Shown here: one piece after another, positions 1 to 8,823 of the stretch
Layout of the letters: the number at the start of each line of letters is the position of its first letter
Position numbering within the stretch: the stretch's first letter is position 1
Source of the DNA: a bacterium
GTDB lineage: Bacteria > NPL-UPA2 > JAGMAN01
NCBI GenBank assembly: GCA_023130215.1
Contig: JAGMAN010000030.1
Span: 1-32,170, forward strand
Reading direction: 5' to 3'
DNA: 32,170 nucleotides
Made by a program: the position numbers and the translations under genes
Notes under the pieces: generated by a model
What the model saw: only the letters and a program-made list of their open reading frames with translations
What the model was told of the DNA's origin: nothing
Databases searched by the model: none

Positions 1-134
1 ACGCCAAGAACTACAATTAAGGTCATTACCCCCAGGGCCACTCCCGCTATGGAGATAAGGGCAATGACCGAGAGAAACCTGCGCTTCGGTCTTGACTTCA
101 GATACCTTCTGGTGATGAACCACTCAAATTTCAT
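1..134 (-). CDS. LolC/LolE-like (FtsX/MacB-type) ABC transporter permease, first 44 codons only; gene runs off the left edge
   Basis: Reverse-strand ATG at 134..132 translates to MKFEWFITRRYLKSRPKRRFLSVIALISIAGVALGVMTLIVVLGV. This is a basic RRYL..R stretch followed by a first TM helix, as in LolC/LolE/MacB permeases. The ATG overlaps the lysS stop (ATGA). It is absent from the ORF track because it is truncated. Confidence 0.5.
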   Translation of the reverse strand, partial: MKFEWFITRRYLKSRPKRRFLSVIALISIAGVALGVMTLIVVLG

Positions 135-1555
135 AGCTTCTCCGGCCTGAGTTGGGGGAACAATATCACCTCTCTGATAGAAGGAGAGTCGGTGAATAGC
201 ATGATGAGGCGATCTATACCTAAACCCAGTCCTCCAGCGGGGGGCATACCATATTCTAATGCCCGGATGAAGTCTTCATCTATTATTTTTTCCCCCTCAT
301 CCCCCTTCTGTTCCTCAAACCGGTCTCGCTGTTCTATGGGGTCATTTAGCTCCGAGTAGGCATTGGCTAACTCACATCCACCAATGAATAGTTCAAATCG
401 CTCAGCTATCTCATCGTCCTTCTTCTTGGCCAGGGGGCAGAGGAAGGCCGGATAGTCAATGACAAAAGTGGGGGAAGTTGAGCTGAGGGATTTCTCCAGT
501 AACCTTATCAGCGCACTGCGGGTCACCTTCTCCCCTTCCAATTTCACTCCTGCTGAGCGAATCTTCTCCGTTAGACTCTCTATATCCTCTTCTTCAATGT
601 CAACTCCGTGCATCTCTTTCATTGTCTCGTGGAAGGTAATCTGTCTCCAGGGACGAGTCAAATCAATCTGTTTTCCCTGATAGGTGAACTTTTTTCCCCC
701 TAACAGGCTCTCTGCTAAATGAATGATAAGTTCCTCAACTAACTTCATCATGTCCTGGTAATCAGCATATGCCTGGTAGACTTCAAGCATGGTGAATTCC
801 GGATTGTGGCGGGTGGATATTCCTTCGTTGCGAAAACTGCGATTAATCTCATAAACTTTCTCAAAACCTCCAACCAGTAGTCTCTTTAAATATAGCTCAG
901 GAGCAATTCTCAAATATAGGTCCATCTCCAGGGTATCCTGATGAGTCTTGAAAGGCTTCCCGGCGGCTCCTCCCGGGATGGGCTGGAGCATGGGGGTCTC
1001 CACCTCTAAGAATCCACGCTCATCCAGCCATTGCCTCGCTAGTTTAATAAGGGAACTTCTAAGATTAAATATCTTCCTCACCTCTTCGCTGGCTATCAAA
1101 TCAAGGTAGCGCTGGCGGTATCTTATTTCTACATCCTTGAGCCCATGCCACTTCTCCGGAAGTGGCCTTAATGACTTGGACAGAATGGTGAAATCTTCCA
1201 CCTTAATCGTCCGCTCTCCTGTCTTCGTCTTAAAGACTTCTCCTTCTACTCCCACAAAGTCACCGATGTCCAGTTTCCCGAATAGATTGTATCTTTCCTC
1301 GCCCAAAAGGTCAAAACTTATATATATCTGAATCTGGCCACTTCCGTCCCTGAGGTCAGCGAAGGTAGTCTTCCCATGGCGGCGCAAAGCCATTATCCTT
1401 CCAGCTACCTTCACCTTAGCTTTAACCTCTACTGCTTCTCCAAGACAGTGACTTCGTTGGAACCTGCCGCCGTAGGGCTTTATTCCACTCTCCCTTATCC
1501 CCTCCAGCTTACTGCGGCGTTCCTTAACTAGCTCATTCACTTCTGCCATATGCAT
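131..1555 (-). CDS. lysS: Lysyl-tRNA synthetase, class II
   Basis: 474-aa ORF with an N-terminal OB-fold region. Class II motif 2 is FRNEGISTRHNPEFTMLE and motif 3 is GMPPAGGLGLGIDRL. It lies directly downstream of prfB, as in the classical prfB-lysS operon. Confidence 0.95.
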   Translation of the reverse strand: MHMAEVNELVKERRSKLEGIRESGIKPYGGRFQRSHCLGEAVEVKAKVKVAGRIMALRRHGKTTFADLRDGSGQIQIYISFDLLGEERYNLFGKLDIGDFVGVEGEVFKTKTGERTIKVEDFTILSKSLRPLPEKWHGLKDVEIRYRQRYLDLIASEEVRKIFNLRSSLIKLARQWLDERGFLEVETPMLQPIPGGAAGKPFKTHQDTLEMDLYLRIAPELYLKRLLVGGFEKVYEINRSFRNEGISTRHNPEFTMLEVYQAYADYQDMMKLVEELIIHLAESLLGGKKFTYQGKQIDLTRPWRQITFHETMKEMHGVDIEEEDIESLTEKIRSAGVKLEGEKVTRSALIRLLEKSLSSTSPTFVIDYPAFLCPLAKKKDDEIAERFELFIGGCELANAYSELNDPIEQRDRFEEQKGDEGEKIIDEDFIRALEYGMPPAGGLGLGIDRLIMLFTDSPSIREVILFPQLRPEKL

Positions 1556-1604
1556 TATTCTAATATGCTTCTATCATATATGTCAACAAATTCCAACTCT
1601 AACT

Positions 1605-2700
1605 CTAACGCTTAGTCCTCAGGTAAGCCTCTATGAATGAGTCAATCATCCCGTCCATCACTGCATTCACATTGCCTGTTTCTACATTGGTGCGGTGATC
1701 CTTGACCATCTGATAAGGCTGGAAGACATAACTACGGATCTGGCTTCCCCAGGCGATTTCTTCCTTCTCTCCCCTCTGTTTAACCATCTCTTCTTCTTGC
1801 TTCTTCCGGTAATATTCAAAGAGGCGAGCCCGCAGAACCTTAAGGGCAGTAGCCTTATTCTGATGCTGAGACCTCTCATTCTGACACTGAGAGGTGATCC
1901 CTGTAGGGAGGTGGGTAATTCTCACTGCCGAGTCGGTGACATTTACATGTTGACCTCCGGCTCCGCCAGCCCGGTAAGTGTCTATTCTTAAGTCCGAATC
2001 CACAATCTCAGCCTGGACTTCATCCTCAACCTCGGGAATGACATCTACCGATGAGAAAGAGGTATGGCGGCGACGTCCGGCATCAAAAGGGGAGATACGC
2101 ACCAGGCGATGCACTCCTATCTCTGCCTTCAAGCGGCCATAAGCATACTCACCCCTCATGAGCACAGTGACGTTCTTTACTCCCGCCTCTTCCCCCGGGA
2201 GGATGTCAAGAATTTTAGCTTCATACCCTTTCCCTCCCCCCCACCTGAGGTACATCCGCAGGAGCATATTGGCCCAGTCACAGGATTCAGTTCCTCCCGC
2301 CCCGGCATGAATGGTGAGAATGGCACTGTGGCGGTCATATTGGTCACTGAGGATGCTCTTAAGTTCTAAATCCCCTAAACCCTTCCTTAGCTTCTCTTTT
2401 CTCTCCTCGAGCTCACTTAAAAGGCTCTCCTCTTCCTCTTCCCGGGCTAATTCAAGGAGCTCTGAAAGCTCCTCCTCCTCCATCTTTAGATCCTGCCAGG
2501 AGGTAACCTCCCCCCTTAAATTATTAACTTGCTTAATGACATCCTGTGCTTTCTTCCTGTTATCCCAGAAGGAGGATTTAGACATCTCCTCCTCAAGTTT
2601 GCTTATTCTGGTCTCCTTATTAGACAGGTCAAAGATAGCCTCTCATCTCTTGCAATTTCTTCCTGACCGAGGCCAACTCCTTAGCTAATTCATCAAACAT
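1605..2700 (-). CDS. prfB: Peptide chain release factor 2, expressed through a programmed +1 frameshift (frame 0: 2700..2632, then +1 frame from 2630 to 1605)
   Basis: The ORF-track piece 1605..2585 carries SPF (RISPFDA) and GGQ (GAGGQHVN). Upstream, ATG at 2700 gives MFDELAKELASVRKKLQEMRGYL, then CTT TGA C. Shifting +1 continues as DLSNKETRISKLEEEMSKSSFWD, in frame with the long ORF. Confidence 0.95.
2628..2643 (-). promoter_or_regulatory. RF2 autoregulatory +1 frameshift site (AGAGGC TAT CTT TGA C)
   Basis: In-frame TGA at 2631..2629 follows slippery CTT (2634..2632). It is followed by C (2628) and preceded by the SD-like AGAGG. The layout matches E. coli prfB (AGGGGG TAT CTT TGA C). Confidence 0.9.
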
Positions 2701-2727
2701 ACCCTCTCCTCCCTTCTACTTTTGGCA

Positions 2728-2756
2728 AATATACCATATCCAATCACTAATTTCAA
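2728..2756 (-). promoter_or_regulatory. Candidate sigma70 promoter for prfB-lysS
   Basis: On the - strand: TTGAAA (2756..2751), a 17-nt spacer, then TATATT (2733..2728). It lies about 28 nt upstream of the prfB ATG, which is preceded by GGGAGGAGAGGG as SD. Confidence 0.4.
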
Positions 2757-2831
2757 TAAAAACCACTGTAAATGGTGAGTAATAGTTATGGAAAGCGTCC
2801 TCTCAAAATCTCAACTACACCAATTTCCCAA

Positions 2832-3512
2832 TCATTTCTTTTTGAAGAGGTGAATGAGCAGCAGACCAGTTAGAAAACCTCCGATGTGGGCGGACCAGGC
2901 TACGGCGCTCATCTCCTTGGGGACAGTATGGGCATACCAGAACTGTAGAGCAATCCACAGTCCAAGGAAGATGAGAGCCGGGAGACGGATGAAGCGGGGG
3001 AAGATCCAGATAAAGAATAGACAGAGTATTCTGGCTCGGGGGAAGAGTAAAAGGTAAGCTCCCATAATTCCAGCGATAGCTCCACTGGCTCCAATCAGGG
3101 GCACCGGTGAACTGGGGTCAGTGGCAATATGGGTTAAGGTAGCCACTAATCCGCAGATGGGATAAAACAGTATAAACCGCAGATGCCCCATCCTGTCCTC
3201 AATGTTCGGCCCGAAGATCCACAGGTAAAGCATATTCCCAATAATATGGAGGAATGAGCCGTGAAGAAACATACAGGTAATCAGGGTAGCTAAGGTGGGC
3301 AGAATAATCCATCTCTCAGCCCCGCGGTATATAATCAATTTAAATGGTTTGGAGGTAATCCGGGAGGCAACTGCTCCAAGCTCTCCAGTGAAGTTGTGCT
3401 CCTGAGCTACCGGGGAAAGCTGATAGGCGAAGACAAGGGCATTGGCTAAAATTAACAATATGGTTATTAAAGGGAAAGTGCGGATAAGATTATTCGACTT
3501 GAGCGGTATCAT
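2832..3512 (-). CDS. Rhomboid-family intramembrane serine protease
   Basis: 226-aa polytopic membrane protein with HGSFLHIIGNMLYLWIFG (H..xN), GASGAIAGIMGA (GxSG catalytic Ser) and AHIGGFLTG (catalytic His). Confidence 0.85.
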   Translation of the reverse strand: MIPLKSNNLIRTFPLITILLILANALVFAYQLSPVAQEHNFTGELGAVASRITSKPFKLIIYRGAERWIILPTLATLITCMFLHGSFLHIIGNMLYLWIFGPNIEDRMGHLRFILFYPICGLVATLTHIATDPSSPVPLIGASGAIAGIMGAYLLLFPRARILCLFFIWIFPRFIRLPALIFLGLWIALQFWYAHTVPKEMSAVAWSAHIGGFLTGLLLIHLFKKK

Positions 3513-3739
3513 TAAATTACCTCAAAAAAATCCGTGTTGATGAACTTAGTTTAGCAGGTAGAAAGAATAATGTCAAAGAAGAAATTTTTATGGGGCGGAA
3601 ATGGGAAGGGAGAAGAATCCCCCTATGCATTTTATGGTGGGGGAATGACCTGTAAGCAACAATATGTTGGGCTGAGAAGGCATAGAGAACCAATTTTTTG
3701 AAATAATTTGAGTAGATGGAGGAAAAATAGCCGTTTTTC

Positions 3740-3769
3740 TTGACAAGTTCTTATAGAAAGGGGTATAAT
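3740..3769 (+). promoter_or_regulatory. dcw-cluster promoter (Pmra-like), near-consensus sigma70
   Basis: TTGACA (3740..3745), an 18-nt spacer, then TATAAT (3764..3769). It lies about 73 nt upstream of the mraZ GTG. Confidence 0.6.
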
Positions 3770-3775
3770 TAGCCT

Positions 3776-3805
3776 GGAGTGGTAGGAAGTGGAGGGGAGT
3801 GGGGG
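3776..3805 (+). promoter_or_regulatory. Three direct repeats with exact 10-bp phasing (GGAGTGGTAG GAAGTGGAGG GGAGTGGGGG); probable MraZ operator
   Basis: AGTGG occurs at 3778..3782, 3788..3792 and 3798..3802, just downstream of the -10 box. Characterised MraZ operators are triple GTGG-type direct repeats with 10-bp periodicity at Pmra. Confidence 0.5.
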
Positions 3806-3841
3806 AAACTCGCCTTAACCTGGGCTTAGGGGGTTACATCA

Positions 3842-4288
3842 GTGTTTTACGGAGAATACGAACATACCATTGACAGGAAGGGGAGAGTTATCGTTCCATC
3901 TAAGTTCCGGGATGCTCTCAAGGATAAGTTTGTAGATACATTCATGGTGACCAGAGGTTATGAGAAATGTCTCTTCGTCTTCCCACCCGATCAGTGGCAA
4001 GCCTATGAGCAGACTCTGAGAGCTCTCTCTCCCCACAAAGCCGATCCACGGGCCCTGAGCCGCATGTTCTATGGAGGGGCCAACCAGTGTCCCTGTGACC
4101 GGCAGGGAAGAATAAACATACCTAAGATTCTTCTGAACTATGCCACTATTAACAAGGAGGTAGCCATCATCGGAGTTTCCACTCGCTTTGAGATCTGGGA
4201 TAAAGAGAGGTGGAACAAGTATAGAGAGGCAGAGGAGAAAGCATTAGAAGAAAGAGCGGAGAAGATAGGGGAGATCAGGATAGAATGA
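3842..4288 (+). CDS. mraZ: Transcriptional regulator MraZ
   Basis: GTG start; MFYGEYEHTIDRKGR. Two MraZ/AbrB-like halves each carry D-x-x-GR-x-x-P (DRKGRVIVP, DRQGRINIP). First gene of the dcw cluster. Confidence 0.95.
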   Translation: MFYGEYEHTIDRKGRVIVPSKFRDALKDKFVDTFMVTRGYEKCLFVFPPDQWQAYEQTLRALSPHKADPRALSRMFYGGANQCPCDRQGRINIPKILLNYATINKEVAIIGVSTRFEIWDKERWNKYREAEEKALEERAEKIGEIRIE

Positions 4289-4295
4289 GAAACTG

Positions 4296-5225
4296 ATGGA
4301 GCATATCCCGGTGTTAGTTAAGGAAGCACTCAGGTTCCTTAATTGCCGGCCCGGTGGTATATATGTTGATTGCACCGTGGGAGAGGGAGGTCATGCCAAA
4401 GCCATGTTAGAACGGCTGGGAGGGCAAGGAAAGCTCATCGGGATAGACCAGGACGGGGAAGCAATAAAGAGAACTGCTGAGAGATTAAAGAAATATAGAA
4501 ACCTCACCTTAATCCAGGATAACTTCAGGAATTTATCGCCCCTCCTTAAGAAACTTGCCTTGCACGCTCCGCGAGTAGACGGTCTCCTTTTTGACTTAGG
4601 TGTTTCATCTCTTCAATTGGATAGCCCTGAGAGGGGTTTCAGTTTTAGATTTGAACCCCTGGATATGCGAATGGATACGAGGATTTCATCTACCGCTACC
4701 GCGGCCCATTTAGTCAACCGTCTCTCCCGGGAGGAGTTAATAAAGATTCTAAAGGAATTTGGAGAAGAAAGATGGGCCCGCAGAATTTCCAAACTCATTG
4801 TGGAAAGGAGAAAAGAAGAGCCAATCAGAACTGCAGGTCAATTGGTAGAGATTATCAAAGAGGCTATTCCCCGGTTAGGTGGAAGAATTCATCCGGCTAC
4901 CAGAACTTTTCAAGCTCTGAGGATAGCCGTTAATCAGGAATTGGAAGCCTTAAAAGAGGGCCTGGAAGGTGGGATTAAAGTGCTGAGTTCGGGTGGGAGA
5001 ATCTGTATCATTTCCTACCATTCCCTGGAGGATCGGCTCGTCAAGGAGCAACTTAAGCGGTGGGCTAATCCCTGCCAGTGTCCTCCCCGGTGGCCGGTCT
5101 GCCGATGCCAGGGAAAGCCAGTTCTTAGAATTCTAACCAAAGGTCCAGTTAGGCCAGGCCAGGAGGAAATATTGAGGAATCCCCGCTCTCGCAGCGCCAA
5201 ACTGCGAGCAGGAGAAAAAATTTAA
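4296..5225 (+). CDS. rsmH: 16S rRNA (cytosine1402-N4)-methyltransferase
   Basis: MEHIPVL start, SAM-binding TVGEGGHA, FDLGVSSLQLD, ISYHSLEDR and C-terminal NPRSRSAKLR. Confidence 0.95.
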   Translation: MEHIPVLVKEALRFLNCRPGGIYVDCTVGEGGHAKAMLERLGGQGKLIGIDQDGEAIKRTAERLKKYRNLTLIQDNFRNLSPLLKKLALHAPRVDGLLFDLGVSSLQLDSPERGFSFRFEPLDMRMDTRISSTATAAHLVNRLSREELIKILKEFGEERWARRISKLIVERRKEEPIRTAGQLVEIIKEAIPRLGGRIHPATRTFQALRIAVNQELEALKEGLEGGIKVLSSGGRICIISYHSLEDRLVKEQLKRWANPCQCPPRWPVCRCQGKPVLRILTKGPVRPGQEEILRNPRSRSAKLRAGEKI

Positions 5226-5238
5226 CAAAGAGAGTCCC

Positions 5239-5664
5239 ATGGGAACGAGAAAGAAGAACAAAGCCAAGAGAAATAAAGGCAAGAGAAAGAATCTTTTCAT
5301 TTTTAAATATCTTCTCCTGGCTTCCCTCTGTCTGGGTATAGTCCTGTTCTATGTCTGGGAAAGGGTGGAGCTTTTAGAGGCTGGATATAAGATAAAAGAA
5401 AGGGGGAAGAGGAAAGAGAAGCTAACTGAGGAGAGAGAAGCTCTTCTTCTGAGAGTGGCTCGCCTCAAATCTCCTCAGCGCTTGGAAAGGATAGCCGGGG
5501 AAGAAATAGGGCTAATTGCCCCACGACCGGGACAATCTATTCGCACAATAAAATATCAAATACCAAAATCCAAAATCGCTTTTAGCTCTCAGGTATTTAT
5601 TCTGAACTACCGAAAGCTGAAAAAATGCTTTTTGAATTTTAGAGGGTTATCTTATGGTAACTAA
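5239..5664 (+). CDS. ftsL: Cell division protein FtsL-like (bitopic, coiled-coil)
   Basis: Basic N-terminus, a single TM helix (LFIFKYLLLASLCLGIVLFYVW) and then a heptad-like K/E/L-rich segment. It sits between rsmH and ftsI. The call rests on position and topology only. Confidence 0.6.
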   Translation: MGTRKKNKAKRNKGKRKNLFIFKYLLLASLCLGIVLFYVWERVELLEAGYKIKERGKRKEKLTEEREALLLRVARLKSPQRLERIAGEEIGLIAPRPGQSIRTIKYQIPKSKIAFSSQVFILNYRKLKKCFLNFRGLSYGN

Positions 5665-7336
5665 GTGGCATAAGTTTCGCACCTTTCTCGTTCTCTTCAC
5701 TCTCACCGTTTGCTTCATCTACCTCCTCCAGCGTCTACGCCAGATTCAGTTAGTTGCCGGGGAAACCCTGGCCCAGGAGGCCAGGGCCCAGCACCAGCTA
5801 AATTTCCAGCTTTCTCCTCGGCGGGGAAATATTTATGACCGAAATGGAAAAGAGTTAGCAGTGAACGTCCCCGTTGATTCCATCTGTGCCTGGCCGAAAA
5901 AGACAAGGTCTATAGAGAAAGATGTGGATAAACTTTCATCTATTTTGGGAATACCTGCATCTACCCTGTTAGAAAAATTGTGCAGCCGAAAGTCCTTCGT
6001 CTATCTGACCAGGAAGGCAGAGAAAGGGAAGGGAGCGCAGGTCCGGAATCTCAATCTTCCCGGAGTTGGCTACCTGAAAGAGGTGAAGAGATTCTACCCA
6101 AAGGGTCAGTTAGCTGCTCACCTCTTAGGATTCGTAGATGTAGATGGTGTTGGACTGGAGGGGTTGGAACTTTACTATAATAGATATCTTCGGGGGACTC
6201 CTGGCTGGTGTCAGGCGGAGAAGGATGCCCGGGGCCGGGAGATTCTTCCCTTCCGCTCCAACCATGCTCCCCCCACGGATGGCTGCCATTTGGTCTTAAC
6301 CATAGATGAAGTCATCCAGCACATCTCCGAGCGGGAACTGGAAAGGACATTTCAGGAAAGGAAGGCAAAGGGGGCGACTATCGTGGTCATGAACCCCAGA
6401 ACAGGCGAGATTTTAGCTCTGGCCAACCGACCCACCTTCAACCCCAACTCCTTTAAGGGCGATGAAGTTAGTTCCCGTCGGAACCGAGCCATTACTGATA
6501 CCTTTGAACCTGGCTCCACATTTAAGGTTATTACAGCTGCCGCTGGCCTGGAAGAGGGGATATTCCAACTGAAAGACAAAATCTTCTGCGAGGAAGGCTC
6601 CTACCGATTGTGTGGGCACACCATTCGTGATGTTCATCCCCATGGATGGCTCAGTTTTAAAGAGGTGATAGAGGTCTCCAGCAATATCGGCGTCGTCAAG
6701 ATTGGCCAAGCCCTGCAGAAAGAGAGACTCTACCGCTACATCCGTGCCTTTGGCTTCGGGACGAAGACCGGCGCCGATCTTCCGGGAGAGGTGAAAGGGT
6801 TGATAAGACACCCCCATTCGTGGTCAAAACTTTCCCTGGGAGCCATTCCCTTTGGACAGGAGATAACGGTCAATGCGGTGCAGTTAGCTACCGCCCTCTC
6901 AGCCATTGCCAACGGTGGGATCTTAATGCGGCCAATGGTGGTAGATTCCGTTCTGGATGGGGAGGGAGAAGTAGTGAGGAAATTTGAGCCGCAGGCAGTT
7001 GGAAGAGTTATCTCTTCTCGGACCGCTAAGCAGTTAACCAATATTTTAGTGGGTGTAGTGGAGAAGGGAACGGGAAAGATGGCTGGCCTGAAGGAATACA
7101 GGGTGGCTGGTAAGACAGGGACTGCCCAAAAGGTTGAGGAAGGAAGATATTCACACACTAAATTCATTTCCTCCTTCATGGGCTATCTGCCGGCCGGGGA
7201 TCCAGAGATAGTTATCCTAATAACTGTGGATGAACCCCGGGGGGATTACTACGGGGCGATGGTGGCTGGTCCTACTTTCCGCCGGGTAGCTGAAGGGGTC
7301 ATGACCTATTTAGCAATTTCAAAAATCAAAAATTAA
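5654..7336 (+). CDS. ftsI: Penicillin-binding protein 3-type peptidoglycan D,D-transpeptidase
   Basis: N-terminal membrane anchor and PBP dimerisation region. Transpeptidase motifs are STFK (PGSTFKV), SSN (VSSNIG) and KTGT (AGKTGTA). Confidence 0.9.
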   Translation: MVTKWHKFRTFLVLFTLTVCFIYLLQRLRQIQLVAGETLAQEARAQHQLNFQLSPRRGNIYDRNGKELAVNVPVDSICAWPKKTRSIEKDVDKLSSILGIPASTLLEKLCSRKSFVYLTRKAEKGKGAQVRNLNLPGVGYLKEVKRFYPKGQLAAHLLGFVDVDGVGLEGLELYYNRYLRGTPGWCQAEKDARGREILPFRSNHAPPTDGCHLVLTIDEVIQHISERELERTFQERKAKGATIVVMNPRTGEILALANRPTFNPNSFKGDEVSSRRNRAITDTFEPGSTFKVITAAAGLEEGIFQLKDKIFCEEGSYRLCGHTIRDVHPHGWLSFKEVIEVSSNIGVVKIGQALQKERLYRYIRAFGFGTKTGADLPGEVKGLIRHPHSWSKLSLGAIPFGQEITVNAVQLATALSAIANGGILMRPMVVDSVLDGEGEVVRKFEPQAVGRVISSRTAKQLTNILVGVVEKGTGKMAGLKEYRVAGKTGTAQKVEEGRYSHTKFISSFMGYLPAGDPEIVILITVDEPRGDYYGAMVAGPTFRRVAEGVMTYLAISKIKN

Positions 7337-7337
7337 A

Positions 7338-8819
7338 ATGAAATTAAAGGAGCTCTTAAAGAACTTAGAGATAAAGTCAATTCATGGCAGCAATGACCGG
7401 GAAATTTCCTCCATTGCCTATGACTCAAGAAAGGCTGAGAAAGGCTCTCTCTTTACTTGTCTGAAGGGCTATCGTCTGGATGGGCACGCCTTTATCTCCG
7501 AAGCCATAGAGAGAGGGGCAGTAGCTTTACTGGTTGAGGGCGGCAGGATGGACAGAGGAGATATCACTTATGTAGTAGTGCAGGATACCCGGCTTGCCCT
7601 GGCCAGGATAAGCGATAATTTCTATGGACATCCTTCTGGAAGAATTAAAGTCATTGGAGTCACCGGAACTAATGGAAAGACGACCACTACTTATCTCACT
7701 GAGTCCATTCTTAAGACAGCCGGGGACAAGGTTGGTTTAGTGGGAACCATAAACTACCGCTGGGGAGAGAGAATTCTTCCCGCTGGAAATACTACTCCCC
7801 AATCACTCGATCTACAAAGGATGCTCAGTGAAATGGTTAAGGCTGGATGCAGTTATGCCGTCCTGGAGGTATCCTCCCACTCTCTGGACCAGCATCGAGT
7901 CGACTTCATTGAATTCGATGTGGCCGCATTTACTAACCTGAGCTTAGATCACTTAGATTACCATGGCTCATTTTCCCATTACCTGAAGGCTAAGAGTAAA
8001 CTCTTCCAGCAACTGAAAGATGAGGGAGTAAAGAAAGAAGAGAAAACTTCCTTGATCAATATAGATGACCGCTATCGTCGCCATTTGCTTAAGGTGGCAG
8101 GCGGTAAGGTCCTCACCTATGGTATAAGACGAAGAGCCGACATTAGAGCATCCCGGATAAGCTCTCACTTGTCTGGTCTTTCTTTTCAGGCGGAAACTCC
8201 AGACGGAGCTTTTCCTGTGAAAATGAAACTCATCGGCACAGTTAATGTCTATAATGCCCTGGCCGCCATTGGAGTGGGAATAAGCCAGGGGATAAAATTG
8301 GACTGCATTAAAGAGGGATTAGAGACTGCCCAGGGGGTCCCCGGAAGGTTTGAGTTCATTGACTGCGGGCAGGACTTTACCGTCATTGTGGATTATGCTC
8401 ACACACCCAGTGCCTTAGAAGACCTTTTGATGCTCGCCAAGAGCATGGCTAATGGGATGGCCAGGGGAAGGGTTATCACCGTCTTTGGCTGCGGTGGGGA
8501 TAGGGACAAGCGCAAACGCCCTCTCATGGGTAAGATATCCTCCCGCTACAGCCACCTTTCCATTCTAAGCTCGGACAATCCCAGGAGCGAGGAGCCAGGA
8601 ATGATTATCAGTGAGATTCGGCGTGGATTTGGGCGCAGACGCAACTACCTGGTAGTTGAAGACCGATTTCAAGCCATAAAGGAAGCTCTTGCCCGGGCCA
8701 GGAAGGACGATGTGGTAATAATAGCTGGCAAGGGGCACGAAAGTTATCAGGTGCTAAAGGATACGGTGGTTGCCTTTGACGATCGAGAGGTAGTGAGAAA
8801 GATACTGGCCGGCAGTTAA
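7338..8819 (+). CDS. murE: UDP-MurNAc-L-Ala-D-Glu:meso-diaminopimelate ligase
   Basis: Mur ligase P-loop GVTGTNGKTTT and a DNPR motif (SSDNPRSE), which is typical of meso-DAP-adding MurE. Position in the cluster agrees. Confidence 0.95.
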   Translation: MKLKELLKNLEIKSIHGSNDREISSIAYDSRKAEKGSLFTCLKGYRLDGHAFISEAIERGAVALLVEGGRMDRGDITYVVVQDTRLALARISDNFYGHPSGRIKVIGVTGTNGKTTTTYLTESILKTAGDKVGLVGTINYRWGERILPAGNTTPQSLDLQRMLSEMVKAGCSYAVLEVSSHSLDQHRVDFIEFDVAAFTNLSLDHLDYHGSFSHYLKAKSKLFQQLKDEGVKKEEKTSLINIDDRYRRHLLKVAGGKVLTYGIRRRADIRASRISSHLSGLSFQAETPDGAFPVKMKLIGTVNVYNALAAIGVGISQGIKLDCIKEGLETAQGVPGRFEFIDCGQDFTVIVDYAHTPSALEDLLMLAKSMANGMARGRVITVFGCGGDRDKRKRPLMGKISSRYSHLSILSSDNPRSEEPGMIISEIRRGFGRRRNYLVVEDRFQAIKEALARARKDDVVIIAGKGHESYQVLKDTVVAFDDREVVRKILAGS

Positions 8820-8823
8820 TGCG

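Noticed and set aside
3570-3701. 43-codon small ORF (MSKKKFLWGGNGKGEES...) in the rhomboid/mraZ intergenic region
   Set aside because: There is no convincing SD and no recognisable motif, and it lies in the region expected to hold divergent promoters. It cannot be supported from sequence alone.
5075-5120. Four-cysteine cluster CQCPPRWPVCRC near the RsmH C-terminus as a possible novel zinc site
   Set aside because: Cys pairs at this position occur in many RsmH/MraW orthologues as far as I recall. I cannot show from this window that it is unusual.
6736-7179. 147-aa antisense ORF inside ftsI (similar cases: 6413..6817, 9469..9882 in murF, 17310..17744 in GH130 paralogue 2, 19441..19794 in murC, 2311..2688 opposite prfB)
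   Set aside because: All lie wholly inside well-supported genes on the opposite strand. They have no family motifs and show compositional bias typical of shadow frames.
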